DNA of 33,564 bases from Phoronis australis. Taxonomy: Eukaryota; Animalia; Phoronida. Positions 11,775 through 23,361 of the stretch are shown piece after piece (the stretch's first letter is position 1; each line of letters opens with the position of its first letter). Where the stretch lies: assembly GCA_002633005.1 (NCBI GenBank), contig NMRA01000079.1, positions 157,326-190,889 on the forward strand. The letters are read 5' to 3'. A model generated the notes under the pieces. It did not search any database and was not told the origin of the DNA. It saw only the letters and a program-made list of their open reading frames with translations. A program made the translations under genes and the position numbers.

Positions 11775-11838
11775 GCAGTGGGCAATTTAGAAACGCACCT
11801 GTTTGGCCGCGGCTTTCAGACAAAGATTTTCCCCGAAG
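11775..11838 (+). CDS. KRTCAP2: KRTCAP2 exon 3 (AVGNLETHLFGRGFQTKIFPE)
   Basis: ttttcag| ... G|gtaatc; matches NLE..FG.GFQ.KIFPE. Confidence 0.95.
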
Positions 11839-12750
11839 GTAATCACTCGTTACGGATCATTTTATGTTACATCCAGTATATTTGTGAAAAAAGCCTTACA
11901 AAAATTTGCTCATCAAGTGTTTAAAGAAGCAACATGTGCAATGCTGTGCAAATTAAAAGAATTGTTGCTGTGTATCTTTATGATTTGGTAGTCTGTTATT
12001 TACAGTAGGAGACATAACTAATCACACAAAATGGCATTTTCCCGTCATGACAGCTAAGTCTGTTAAGAACAAAACTTACTGGTAATAACTATGAGAGTGG
12101 CAAAATTCTAATTGGAGAATGGCTTAATCGCCAATATCTACTTTCCTGTTAACTACCCTAATTTTCTGTTTTAAGTGAAGACTACTCTTGCAATGAATTG
12201 CCTTCTGCCCAGTCACCATGACGTGAAATTTCGGGTCATTTTGTTCGAATATAAAGTTAAGGTGTGATGCTAGTTGAATGAGTGGTGAGATATCTATAAG
12301 TACTATAAAAATATTACTGAACTTTTTCCACTGTTTGGCTTGTGTACCATTTTTCTGTAATCAGTTGAGAGCTTGGGTTTTCGTTGTCAAAGTAATATTA
12401 GAAATAACTGTAATAATGCCATGATTAATTTTGATTAAATTAGAGTGTGGCCTACGTCAGTTGTCAGCTGCATTTTGTATTTGTCGACTCTAGCAAGCTT
12501 CGTCCAGATGTCCAAAATGAATTAGCCATCAGGTCTACAGGGTTGAAAAATTTTGGACTTAATGTGTTAAGTCACTGGTATCAATATATCAATTCCTGGT
12601 GCTGGTGAATGCTGGTCAAGTTTGCTGGAGGTGAGTTAGTAAGGTGTTTTCTGCAAGCCCACTCTGAGCCTGTTCACAATGAGTGGCCACTCCATAGTGT
12701 CGCAGTGCCTCTTTTGAACACTTAACAATGTATCTATACCTCTTTTTCAG

Positions 12751-12817
12751 TCGTCTTCTCCTTGTTGCTGGCTCTGTTTGCCTCTGGTCTCGTTCACAGG
12801 GTTTGTGTTACCACATG
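12751..12817 (+). CDS. KRTCAP2: KRTCAP2 exon 4 (VVFSLLLALFASGLVHRVCVTTC)
   Basis: tttttcag| ... TG|gtaagt; contains the signature HRVCVTTC. Confidence 0.95.
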
Positions 12818-13136
12818 GTAAGTACTGTATGTAGAGACGTGCACCTCACTGTTCTATTTCACTGACTGGCTTGTAAATGATGAGTTATTCAAAAGCCATG
12901 CTTATATGTTCACCTCTGCTGAATATGTTTAGCGGCTGGCTATAAACCTGTGTTCCGTCCCAAGCAATGAACATTATTGAGACCATTTGCTACTGTAAAA
13001 TTGGCACCAAATTGTTCCGTACTCAGATGGGAGGCGATTTAATTCTTAGTTTGCGAAGCACTAGGTTATATAAAAATAATGTTGCATCAAGTCACTAGTG
13101 AATCTAATTCGTATCCCTTTTCCCCGTCTTTTCCAG

Positions 13137-13254
13137 TTTCATCTTTTCCATGATAGCACTTTATTACATCAACAAAATATCATCGGCCAAGTATGTAGTG
13201 GCAGCACCAGTGACACCTGTGGTACAAAAAGCAAAGTCCAAGAAAAGGAATTAA
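13137..13254 (+). CDS. KRTCAP2: KRTCAP2 exon 5 ([38 protein letters not shown])
   Basis: Acceptor ttccag|, stop TAA at 13252-13254, C-terminal KKxx ER-retrieval motif. The spliced CDS is 408 nt (135 aa). Confidence 0.95.
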
Positions 13255-13490
13255 CAGAGTTGTCCTATAGTCTGCAGATAGAATTGGGAAAGCTGGAAGT
13301 TTGTATTTGAAGGCACTTGGCACTGTGTTGTGCTGTTGAAAATACTGGTACTGGCATGTGTCTATGCTGCCTCTCAAATGTTTTTGTTTATTAATGCTGA
13401 TGCGAGCATTTTTATTATGAACAAAATGTAAGCCTTCTGAGAGCAGATATATTTAGTGTCTTGAAGTTATGGGAACATTTCAAGAGTTGC

Positions 13491-13496
13491 AATAAA
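13491..13496 (+). terminator. Probable KRTCAP2 polyadenylation signal AATAAA
   Basis: First AATAAA after the stop (about 240 nt downstream), followed by T/GT-rich sequence. Confidence 0.6.
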
Positions 13497-14032
13497 GAGG
13501 TCATGTTTGTACTAATCAAATTTGTACTTTCAATCAGTCTTCAAATTCCGGCCGTAGAGAACTCTGGTTCAGGACCAACCTGCCCATATTAATGTACCCA
13601 TGGGGACTACAGCGTCCTCAAATAATAAGAAGAGAAGTCCTCTTAAGGTTCAGGATATCTCTGCTTTAATTTATAAACCCCAGTGCACTTTTGGGTACAT
13701 GAAAGACAACAATAGAGTCTATGCAAACTGTATTCTTGAATCTGTTATGGAAATGGTACACTAATTTGCTTTTGATTGAAATACCGGTAACTACTTCAGC
13801 ACCCTCTATTGTTCATTTTTGTTTTCCACATTGAATTTTTTTGGCCATTTATTTTCTGGCCATCTCACCATCTGGGTGGGATGAGTGGCTGATTAGTCCC
13901 CCAAGAGGGGATGGTGTGTTACTAGTAAGAGATGTACTAGTCTGTAGCTGTGAAAGGGGCCGTCAAGTCAAATCTACCTCGGGAAGACTGGCCTTGATTG
14001 TTCAAGTTCAGGTCCTGGGATCTACTCCTTGA

Positions 14033-14410
14033 ACTCAAAATTATTTTTTGTCACTTTCTGTTCTACTTTTGGGGAAAGATATCGGTTATTCTGGGTACAT
14101 TATTGTTTGTGAATGAGATTGAATCTTCAAACTTGAGTAAAAACTCAAAATTGCAAGTAAAACTCTAGTTCCCACGTGAACGTTTAGCTTTAATTTTGGG
14201 TTCTTCTAGTGCAAATTAGGATTATTCACCTAAGCCCTTATTTACTGGGCCATAAAAATAGACACTTATCTATACTCCATATTAAAAGTAGAAAACAGAA
14301 GCTTTGCTTTCTGGGGTGCATCATTTGAACTGTATCAACAGATTGGTTTACTCTTTAAGGGCACTGAGATGCAACGCCAACACACGGTTGTGGATATGTA
14401 TGGTATATAC
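14033..14410 (+). repeat. About 380-bp direct repeat, copy 1
   Basis: Colinear with 15416-15806; shared blocks include AAACTTGAGTAAAAACTCAAAATT and TCATTTGAACTGTATCAACAGATTGGTTTACTCTTT. Confidence 0.9.
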
Positions 14411-15402
14411 GCTCCCAGAATGAGGTAATTGCACACATGGCCATGACTACATGCAAATACCAGAGGACTTGAAACGGATGAAACAAGTTTTTGATGATGT
14501 GTTTGACCACAAAATAATGGTCGTTACCTCTTTGTTCCTGATGTGTGAAACGAACACTAGTTGCCTTCAAACAAAACAAAGATATGGAAAACACAATAAC
14601 AAATGGTCATTTTTTTTGTTTGAATACAGTAGCAGGAGTCCAAGAACCCCGTCTGGTGGTTGAGTCCTGGGGTCCCTTTCCTGAAAGTGATTTAAGGACT
14701 TTATAGGATACTTAACACTGTTTTGGTGATTTCAACCAATCCTTGCTCTGTCACCTACTTACGTGATAAAAGGAAGGTTCAAGTAAAAATTTATATTCTC
14801 TTAGTCACAAATTGGATGTTGTGGTTCTTGGTGGGTCGTCTTTCACTACAGTTGTGTAACTCGCCTAAAGCGTAGGCTACGCTTGTCGGTTTAGCAAACT
14901 TTGTAAAGAGTTCTCAAATTGTTCTCCAATTTTTTAGTGTTGTCGAGGGTTACAGGGCATCATTTTGTTTCAGAGTTCTGGATGAGAAAGTCGTTTTCAA
15001 TATCTATTAAAACAAAAACATGGTTTGGTATCCTTTTACGACTTCAATTTGATGTAACACTCCCACTCCACACATTTGCTGAATAAAGGTTTGTCCATTC
15101 AACGCGTCATACACAGTCTAGGACATTACATATAATAACATTCGGTAAATTGCAATTGTGTGTATTTTCTCACAGACTTTGTACTTTTGTTCAAGTGGGG
15201 TTTTAATTGTTCGTCAGGATTAGTTGTGTACAGAGTACGACCAAATGTCTATCTTGAAGCTTCAGTCACTTTTCATGAAACAGAGCCCGAGGTCCACAGC
15301 GAATGAAGCACTTCTGGTGTCGAAACTTCAGTTTTCTTCTCTGGAAATGTTTTCTTCTAATGGAAAGTCATTTGTAGAACCTGCACGTTGCATGACCTAA
15401 TC

Positions 15403-15807
15403 AACTGAAAATGACACTCAAAATTATGTTTGTCGCTTTATGTTCTACTTTTGAGGGAGATATCGGGAAAGATGTCGGTTATTCTGGGTTGGCCTTCATT
15501 ATTGTTTGTGAATGAGATTAAACCTGCAAACTTGAGTAAAAACTCAAAATTTCAAGTAAAACTAGTTCCCACGTGAATTCGTTTATCTTTAGGGGTCATC
15601 TGGTGCAAATTAGGATTAGGCAGTTATTCACCTAAGTCCCTATTTACTTGACCATAAAAATAGACATATATACCCCATGTTAACAGTAAAAAATAGAAGC
15701 TTTGTTTTCTGGGGTGCGTCATTTGAACTGTATCAACAGATTGGTTTACTCTTTGCTGGCACTGAGATACAACGCCAAAACACGGTTGTGGAAGTACATG
15801 GTATACT
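15403..15807 (+). mobile_element. 405-bp insertion (copy 2 of the 14033-14410 repeat) flanked by a 15-bp direct repeat
   Basis: TTGCATGACCTAATC at both 15388-15402 and 15808-15822. Confidence 0.7.
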
Positions 15808-16308
15808 TTGCATGACCTAATCTTTATGTCTGAGTCAAAGATTTAGATACTACTGATTAAATTAGACATTCGTCGAAGACATTCGCCGAGATTAATCCTT
15901 GAGTAATAAATGTAGTTTGCAGCCTCTTACTTTTATGCAACGCTCTAAATAAATCGGGTCTGTATCAGTTGAATTCGTAAACACTCACTACAAACATGTC
16001 ATTTTGACAGAATTACCAAACTAAACGCCTCCTCAACAGTTTGACTGCTCATGACATGGCATTAACTGATGCTATATGGCTGATGGTGCAGCCAAAATGT
16101 CCTCAATGTTGACAATATAGGCCCATAAATCTTGAGCAGCGAAGTGGAAAGCAAAGAGTTTGGGAACAATTCATTTCCCACCGTACAAAAAGTTCTGGAT
16201 GGCTGGTAGACACCAGTTAACCTTTCACACCATGTTGTGGGTTTAGGATATAATCTGGTCCGAACTCGGTATCGACTAACAAATCGAGGAATTATTCGAG
16301 TCTGGTTG

Positions 16309-16355
16309 TTTGCGTGTCCGCAAGGGGGTCCTGTACCCCCTAGCGGACACGCAAA
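16309..16355. repeat. GC-rich hairpin (21-bp stem, 1 mismatch, 5-nt loop)
   Basis: TTTGCGTGTCCGCAAGGGGGT-cctgt-ACCCCCTAGCGGACACGCAAA. Confidence 0.85.
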
Positions 16356-17134
16356 GAACAAGCGAGGTGCTGAGATTAGACCCAGTACCCGCCAACTTTA
16401 TTAATAAGCGTGTTTCCTCTTCCAAAGCAGTTTCATCCCGTTCCTAAAATTTGTTTGAATTCAATTAGAAGAGTTCTGCATTTCGCCCTGTTTAGCTAGC
16501 AGAAAACAAAAATCGTTTAATATGCCTTCTACGCTCAAACAATGGGTCGCGTAATATTCCACACCGTCATAAGATTTTACTTTCATATCTTAGGCGCATC
16601 GAAACTATCAGCGACTCAACTTGAGAAAATGCGCTAAACAGATCACCAATCCTAAAATTGCGGTTTCGCAAATGGCACATGTAGGCATCGCCTGTGACTC
16701 GAGATGCCGGTTACGTCTGCAAGATAGTGTAAGCGTGGCAAGAGAATTGCACATTCTGACTGCTGAACACTGAAGCGATCGAAATGTAGCTTAGCCTTCT
16801 TTACAACAAGTCATCTGAGGGCCATATTTTCTTGGTGACCAGATCTAAATCGCCGTGACAAGCAACTTAATGGGTCTGGTCTGAAACAATAACTACCGCC
16901 TGCTTAATTTCTTTTACAACAAAGGAACAAGATGAGGCCAATTTTATAGCAGTCAGTGGTATAAATCACAAGGCTCTATCTGACAGAATTAACGCTTGTT
17001 GTTATTGCTTCTTCAGCAAAATTTGACATGATTGTTATAAATTAGTTATTTAGCACCGTACGTTATGTTTTTGAGCTCTCAAATTCTCTCTCCAGCACAG
17101 TTGAAATTCCCCCGCTGTATCTGGTCCTATTAAA

Positions 17135-17878
17135 TCAACGTCTGCCGCCAGTATATAATCTCTCCACAATTTCCGCTATTTTCTTACTCCTTTTCAAACC
17201 GCTAATGAGAGGTAGAGAAGTGTCCTGCACATAGCCATACTCTGTCGCCGAGATTCGGCGAGTTTTCAGTTTAGCACACTGCACATTTCCTCTCAAACTT
17301 TCCACTGTTGCGGATTGCACACGTTCGAAAATTTCGTCGACTTCAAACGGAGTAACCGGACGAACTTCACCGAGGTCACAGTCACTGTCGCTGTCAAACG
17401 TCGTACGGTCTTCACAAAATTGACAAGACAAGCGTTTCCCCCGGCTAGCAGTAGTTGGACGACGTATCCTCTGCAGTGATTTCTTCCGCTCTTCTGGTGG
17501 TGCCGATTTGGGACGCAGCAGACTTTCCTCTGGCTCTGCTTCCTTGAACATGCCGACGGCTACACCGTAACTCACCGTTGGGCGTTGCAGGCGGTGAACA
17601 ATTCGATTCATTTCTCTCTGCGACAACGTTCTTCGTTTTTCTCCCTCCATCCAACCGTGAGGTGTTCGTCGACAGGGAGACTTGGGCCGTGGTTGTATAA
17701 CCCGGCCGCGTTTTATGAAGTCTTCAAACCTGTCGTCCTCTGTCACTTTTGTGGACACAGTTTTTCGTTGCATCCTCTCCGTGATTCTTCGCATCTCATC
17801 TCGAGACGATGCTTTTCGAAAGCCGTACAACTTTGCGGGTTTGTTGTCAAATTTCGTCTTGTAATAGGTGAAACTCAT
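17135..17878 (-). CDS. Uncharacterised basic repeat protein (about 247 aa, MSFTYYKTKF...EIVERLYTGGRR), single main coding exon
   Basis: Long open frame with protein-like composition from M82 of the supplied ORF. AAAATG start context, preceded by acceptor catttcag| at 17896-17898. Internal repeats. Confidence 0.8.
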   Translation of the reverse strand: MSFTYYKTKFDNKPAKLYGFRKASSRDEMRRITERMQRKTVSTKVTEDDRFEDFIKRGRVIQPRPKSPCRRTPHGWMEGEKRRTLSQREMNRIVHRLQRPTVSYGVAVGMFKEAEPEESLLRPKSAPPEERKKSLQRIRRPTTASRGKRLSCQFCEDRTTFDSDSDCDLGEVRPVTPFEVDEIFERVQSATVESLRGNVQCAKLKTRRISATEYGYVQDTSLPLISGLKRSKKIAEIVERLYTGGRR

Positions 17879-18511
17879 TTTGCCGAGGCTCTGACCTGAA
17901 ATGGATGAATTAAAAGTTATTGTAAACCCGCCATCAATGCTGTTACATCGCAAATGTTTTGACAGCCCTGTAGCATGTGTGTAGACTATCGTACGTGTCA
18001 CAGCCCGCGTACCGGCTAATGGGAGAGTCCTTCGAGGGTTAATTTCTACATGGAAATTTACAAATGTGGTAAAGGGCAATTGGAGGGCAAATGGGATTTT
18101 TAACGACTCGATCTTCTTCACAGGCGGCTATAGAGGTGTGTGGCATATCTGTTACGTGCATGGGACTTCTTTGATGTCCTGTACGCATGATTACAGATAG
18201 GCTACAAGAAAGTTTATAAAGTCTGACGTCAGCATGCCGTAGGCCTACTGATGAAAGGGTTAATCACAAGTTGGTCAAAAAAACATTGAAGTAAAAGTCG
18301 ATGTCATAAAGTACGCACATTGGATTGGAACAACGATAACAGACTCCCGTAATTTGCAACTTTGCACACAAGCACTCCACTCGATCCTAAAACTTCCGCC
18401 TTGCCACAGTTGCTGAGTTGTGTGTGTTACCAGCCGCTTTACACCGATCATATTACGCCGACTTAATGAAAACTCACAACAAAGAAATTGATTCATTAAT
18501 ATTCTTATTTT

Positions 18512-18677
18512 CAGGGGTTAGCGCGAACGCAGACCCCCACTAACACAAATTATGCATCCGAGTAACCCACATTTGGGGTTATCGCAGGCGTCAGCCCAAT
18601 CTAAGTGCAATGAAAGGGCCTCTTCCTGGAGGTTCCGCCTCACTGATCACGGAAAAACCTCTATGCCAGGTAAGTAT
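18512..18677 (-). ncRNA. U1: U1 spliceosomal snRNA (166 nt)
   Basis: The minus strand reads ATACTTACCTGGCA..., with loop I GATCAGTGAG, U1A loop ATTGCAC, SL3 CCCCAAATGTGGG, Sm site ATAATTTGTG and SL4 GGGGGTCTGCG-TTCG-CGCTAACCCCTG. Confidence 0.97.
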
Positions 18678-18719
18678 GCCACGGGGGTTGTTAAAGTCCA
18701 ATATGTTGCTACTCTTTTC

Positions 18720-18736
18720 TCTTTCTAAACAGGTGG
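18720..18736 (-). promoter_or_regulatory. Candidate U1 proximal sequence element (CCACCTGTTTAGAAAGA)
   Basis: At -43 to -59 from the U1 start; loosely resembles the TCACC...AAAG PSE pattern. Confidence 0.35.
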
Positions 18737-18911
18737 TTTTGGTTATATTTCAAGATAGTTTAAATGTGTCCTTTTTGTGTGTTATTTTTACTCAAAACAA
18801 CCTACAAAATTTTTAATATGTACTATGCGTATAACTTTTGTTTCTTTTTACACTTTTCGCGTGGTTATTTTGAAAGAAGTGTTGGTTTATGCTACATATG
18901 GATCGCTTAGA

Positions 18912-18926
18912 GCGCCACCTCTTGGC
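18912..18926 (-). promoter_or_regulatory. CTCF-like motif GCCAAGAGGTGGCGC upstream of U1
   Basis: Close match to the CCASYAGRKGGCRS core; motif evidence only. Confidence 0.45.
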
Positions 18927-20029
18927 AGGTTGGTTATTCCTGTTGTCAACTAATCTCCTCAAGATGCTGAGATCAGTGAAAAATAAACGCCGGTAACACA
19001 AGGCATTTCGACATTTTCTACATAGTTAATGTCTTAATTATGTTCGTTTTTAATTTAATTTAACGCAATATTATCGTGAATCCAACTGTCGCGCAGGCGT
19101 ATTTTCAGTGTTGGCTCGTTCCCACGACAAGCGCCGAACTCACTGCACTCATCGACTATACCTATGTTGCACTGAACGCACTGAGTCTCAAGTTATTCGA
19201 TGGTCACACGAGAAATCAGAGAAGGATCCAGCCAGCATATGGCGAAGACACAATTTTTTAACGTTCGGATCCAATCTACCCGGTATCATGACCCCAAACT
19301 GCCGCCTCAAGCCCCGTTTCGTCACAAGCCGATCTTTAATTTAGACCGTTTTTGTTAAAAAATCGTGAGTTTTTTCATTTCTCAGAATAATTTTTAGTAG
19401 GCTTGTGACCTGAAAACTGGCAGATTCTGAAACTTAATGGTTAGTTGTTTGTCCCGCCGGAATAGTTTCGTTTTAAAGTCAGTGTGACCGTCATCACTAT
19501 TTTTGTAGCTCATAATTTAATTCAACTTGAACAAAGCCGATATGAACGATTTGACGTCGCTGACGCGAAACACGACTGTCCAGTAGAACTGGTTTTAAAC
19601 TCCGATATATTCAGCAGTTTGCATTTACAGATTGTTGACGCATGCGTGTACGCATATCACTAAAAACACGTACGTATACCAACCAGGTGACGTATAATGT
19701 AATCACCGTTTTTTGCAGACGTGTGATAAGAAACTTCGACTCAAATTTGCTCTATAGGCCTAAGTAGCAAGACTTTGGGGGGTCGTCTTATGATCAAATG
19801 ATTTATCCCTGTCAACCTTAACACAAGGCTTATCAGCTAGGGTACAGGTCCGTTGTTTTGTTACCAGGAGTCTATTTGCCCGAGGCACCCGCTATGTTTC
19901 TGTAGTTCTTTGAGATTACATAGAAGTAAATGTCATGCCTATCACAATCACTACCCCTGGCAATGTTATAAACATGTCGGGCTAACACATTCCGTCGGTG
20001 CATCTTCGTTATATTTTTAAGGTTTTGAG

Positions 20030-20288
20030 CATGCGCGCATCCAAGGGGGCTCGAGGTCTGAAACGAACCCCCCCTCATTGGGCGATGTGGGTAAAAAGGT
20101 CCGCCTCGGAGAAACAAAAACACCGAATAAAGTAGAAAACGAGACAATAAGTCCACTAAGAAGGGTAGGAACAACAACAAAAAAAACGAATGCACAATAC
20201 AATTCATAGCTCTGAACGTGCCCCGTGAATCTTAGTGAAAGGTCCACTTTCTCAAAAATTCCAGCCCCTTAGGCTGGATTCGCGCATG
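20030..20288. mobile_element. About 260-bp MITE with TIRs CATGCGCG(C/A)ATCC
   Basis: CATGCGCGCATCC at 20030-20042 versus GGATTCGCGCATG at 20276-20288 (12/13); internal AAAGGTCC duplication. Confidence 0.65.
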
Positions 20289-22629
20289 TAATAATTCGGC
20301 TTACTTCAAAACATCATAGACCTAGCCATCTAAAAATGGCTGATCACATTCAAATGAATTACAGATTCTATGATTTGTGCGCTATTATCCATAGCGTGGC
20401 GGTTTCCTTTTTATTTTTGCATAAATCAGTGCTTTCGAAAACGAGACTCAAACTCTACGGTTGCGTAAAACGGAAACGATTAAATATTTATAGAACTGTA
20501 ACAGCGTCTTGGCCGGGTGTTTCATTCCAAAATTTTCGTTACTGCATTATCATAATGAACGTAAATTTAATTTTTGCTTCGTTTTACTTAGCACATGGTG
20601 GCGGGATCCAATAAATGGCATGTAATTGCAAATAAGGTTTTATACAGAGCCGCATTGTCGGCTTAATTACTGACGTAACATGGTGCGTGTTCAGACTAAT
20701 CCGGATTGGTATGGTACAAGCTAGGCTTCATTATAAAGAGAGCACTTATATACATGTACATGTAGTTGTCCTTTATCTTCCCAGACTCAGCACTGAACAC
20801 AAATCAAACAGAAATTAGTCATTAATTTCATGGCGTTCTTTGCTAACACATCTCGCTCAGTGATCAATAGGCTGTAAAGACTTGAATACATTTAGCTCTC
20901 AGAGTAAGCACATTTCAAATAGAAAGCGATAGCGTTTTACGTAACTAACAGTCGTTTGACAGTGCTGTTCTTTGAAAATTTTCAGATAACTCAAAGGGGA
21001 GTCGACGTATACGAAAATGTATTTTTTAGATAATATTCCGCACAAATGGGCCTAGTTTACGACTACGGGTATAATGTCATTAATCAAGAAAGTCAGTTCA
21101 AACGGAACACATGCTTAGCAACGAGATGTTGCATGTGGAAAGAAGTGGTCAATTATTAAAATTATTTAAATAAGAAAATTAGGAATTTTTGTTTTTCTCA
21201 AATCTTGATTTTGAATTCCAGTGTCTTTCGTCGCTGCATAGAGAGTGCACATGATTAAAACAAACGTTTGTCCATGATACCCTGGTGTCTCTGTATTCAA
21301 ACAGTGGGAATTAAATTTATATGAATCTAGCCGTTTCCGACCAGTCTCGTCGTTAAGATATTACGGTCTTTATTTATCACATTGAGATGATTGAACCATG
21401 TACTATAGAACTCGAGAGTAAACACCTAGGCATTGATAAGTGAAAAGGAGGACTTGATTCACGTTACTAGGGTTTCATAATTATCATGTTGAACCTATAT
21501 ATTCAAACGTACCTCACTGTATCGTTTAGAATCACGCACATATGCCGACCGGCAAATCAAAGTAGACTGCAGCTATATAGGAGCTCGAAATGACATATAG
21601 GGTTTCCATCGTCTATTCAAAGTCAACTGCCAATATAATCCAATATTGGTTCTTCATACGCGCGCAAGGTAAACAGAAGTAAAACAAGACATCATCCCAT
21701 GTTGGCACGGAACTCCAGTGTTCTGTGGTTTTCAGCTTCAAAAATCCCGTCTGCTCCTCAATCCGGCGTTCATTATTCTATGAGCTACTACCCTGTCGTA
21801 CGTACACATTGTTCAAAGAGGTTGTCGTCATGGCGATGACCCACGCCAGCTATTTTTATCAATTTTAATCCCGTGTAAACCAGACGTGCTCATTATAATA
21901 AGCTAAATGCAGACTGATGTTTGTACGGTGCACTTATCTGTAAATAATGTATAGATAAAGTTTCAAAGAAAGGCCTGAGCGCTTGTACCCAGTTTGTTTT
22001 CTTAAGGCGGTATTAACCGTGTTCCTCTGTACTTATGTTTTCGTTGTGAGTTTTCCAATTGAAGGCGGTACATGGAATAAACTTCTCATACAAACTAATA
22101 AATAAGTAAGTATTTATTAAGAAAACTGCCTTTGAAAACATCGCATGGCTTTAAAACTGTTGCACAACCTCTTGTACTATTTCAATGGGTCATCGTGATG
22201 TTAATTCCCCAGTCAAATGGAACGGTGGTCAATTCGTAGCTGCAGTGGAAGTAAATACCAGGTACTCAGTTTGCGCCGATGCCTGAGAGAAATTAGGAAT
22301 TTGGGATACCCAACTGTTTAAGGAATCGACGAGATGAAATCTGCCATTTTAGAGAGGAAGGGCAACGAAAGAGACCGTTTACGGGGAGCTTCTGCGAAAA
22401 AGTCACTGTTTCGCAGGTTTTACTCCAACATGGCCTTGTAGAAAATGTTTATTTACTAAGTTTTAATCTAGTAAACATTTTCCACTTGGAAAAGTCAACA
22501 AATAAGATTTCGGAGTTCCAATTATTGTATTACATTCACCCCCAACAAATGATTCATGTTCGTATGAACCGTGTATAGTTATACTGGCTCGTTTTTTGTG
22601 CGGATAGACCATAGGGGCTACTGGCAATC

Positions 22630-22776
22630 CACAGGCGACGCACCGAAGGGGGCTGGGGGGCTATAGCCCCCAGTTTTTTTAGTGCTACGCCGCACATTGT
22701 CTACAGGCAGTGAATCACGGAGGCCGAGGGGGCTTTATCCCCCCCACACACTTTTTTCAGTGCTACGCCGCCCATG
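22630..22776. repeat. Two tandem ~70-bp GC-rich mini-hairpin elements (GGGGCTATAGCCCC core)
   Basis: Both units end AGTGCTACGCCGC(A/C)CAT. The reverse complement resembles 29802-29952. Confidence 0.65.
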
Positions 22777-23361
22777 CAATTTACCGTTCTCTAAGTGTTC
22801 CAGATTTTCCCTTGAGTGATCTAAAATTTATTGAGTTTTCATGCCATATTTCCGACATCTCTTGACAGATCCTCCTGAAACTTGGCATGTTTTTAACTGT
22901 ATGAGATTTTTTTCATTTTTGATGGACAAACGTGTTTTTTCTTTGGATAGATTGGGATATCAAAATTTTACTTTTTAGCTCTGCAAATACACACGTTGTG
23001 TAGTGTTGGAAAGGAACCTTTGTGCCAAAAACTCGGGCGAAACCCCCTTTTTATCGAAAAAGTGGACTGTCGATTAGAGAACAACAGCGACATATGTGGC
23101 TAAGATCGGACCCGCATGGAACCCGTGCTTCCACTGTGTCCGACAGGAGAACGGAATTTTAAACTGAATGGTACATAAAGTGGACAGAATACTTTAGGCT
23201 GGGTGTGAGCATCATCAAACATGTTGATGAACGTTGAAGATCTTGTTTCAACCCGAAAAACAATGAAATGTTTAAATTGACGATGATCAATCTAGTTTTT
23301 TGTTGGAGAAATGTAAGAATATCATGAACAATGATCTCGAAAATTTTCGATCGGGTGTTAA

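Noticed and set aside
15295-15340. Penelope-type hammerhead-like GAAG-CAC-loop-GTG-TCGAAAC
   Set aside because: The CUGANGA core is absent and stem I does not pair.
17879-18121. N-terminal 81 aa of the supplied 328-aa ORF
   Set aside because: It starts at a non-ATG codon and most of it lies upstream of a splice acceptor at 17896-17898, so it is probably intron or UTR.
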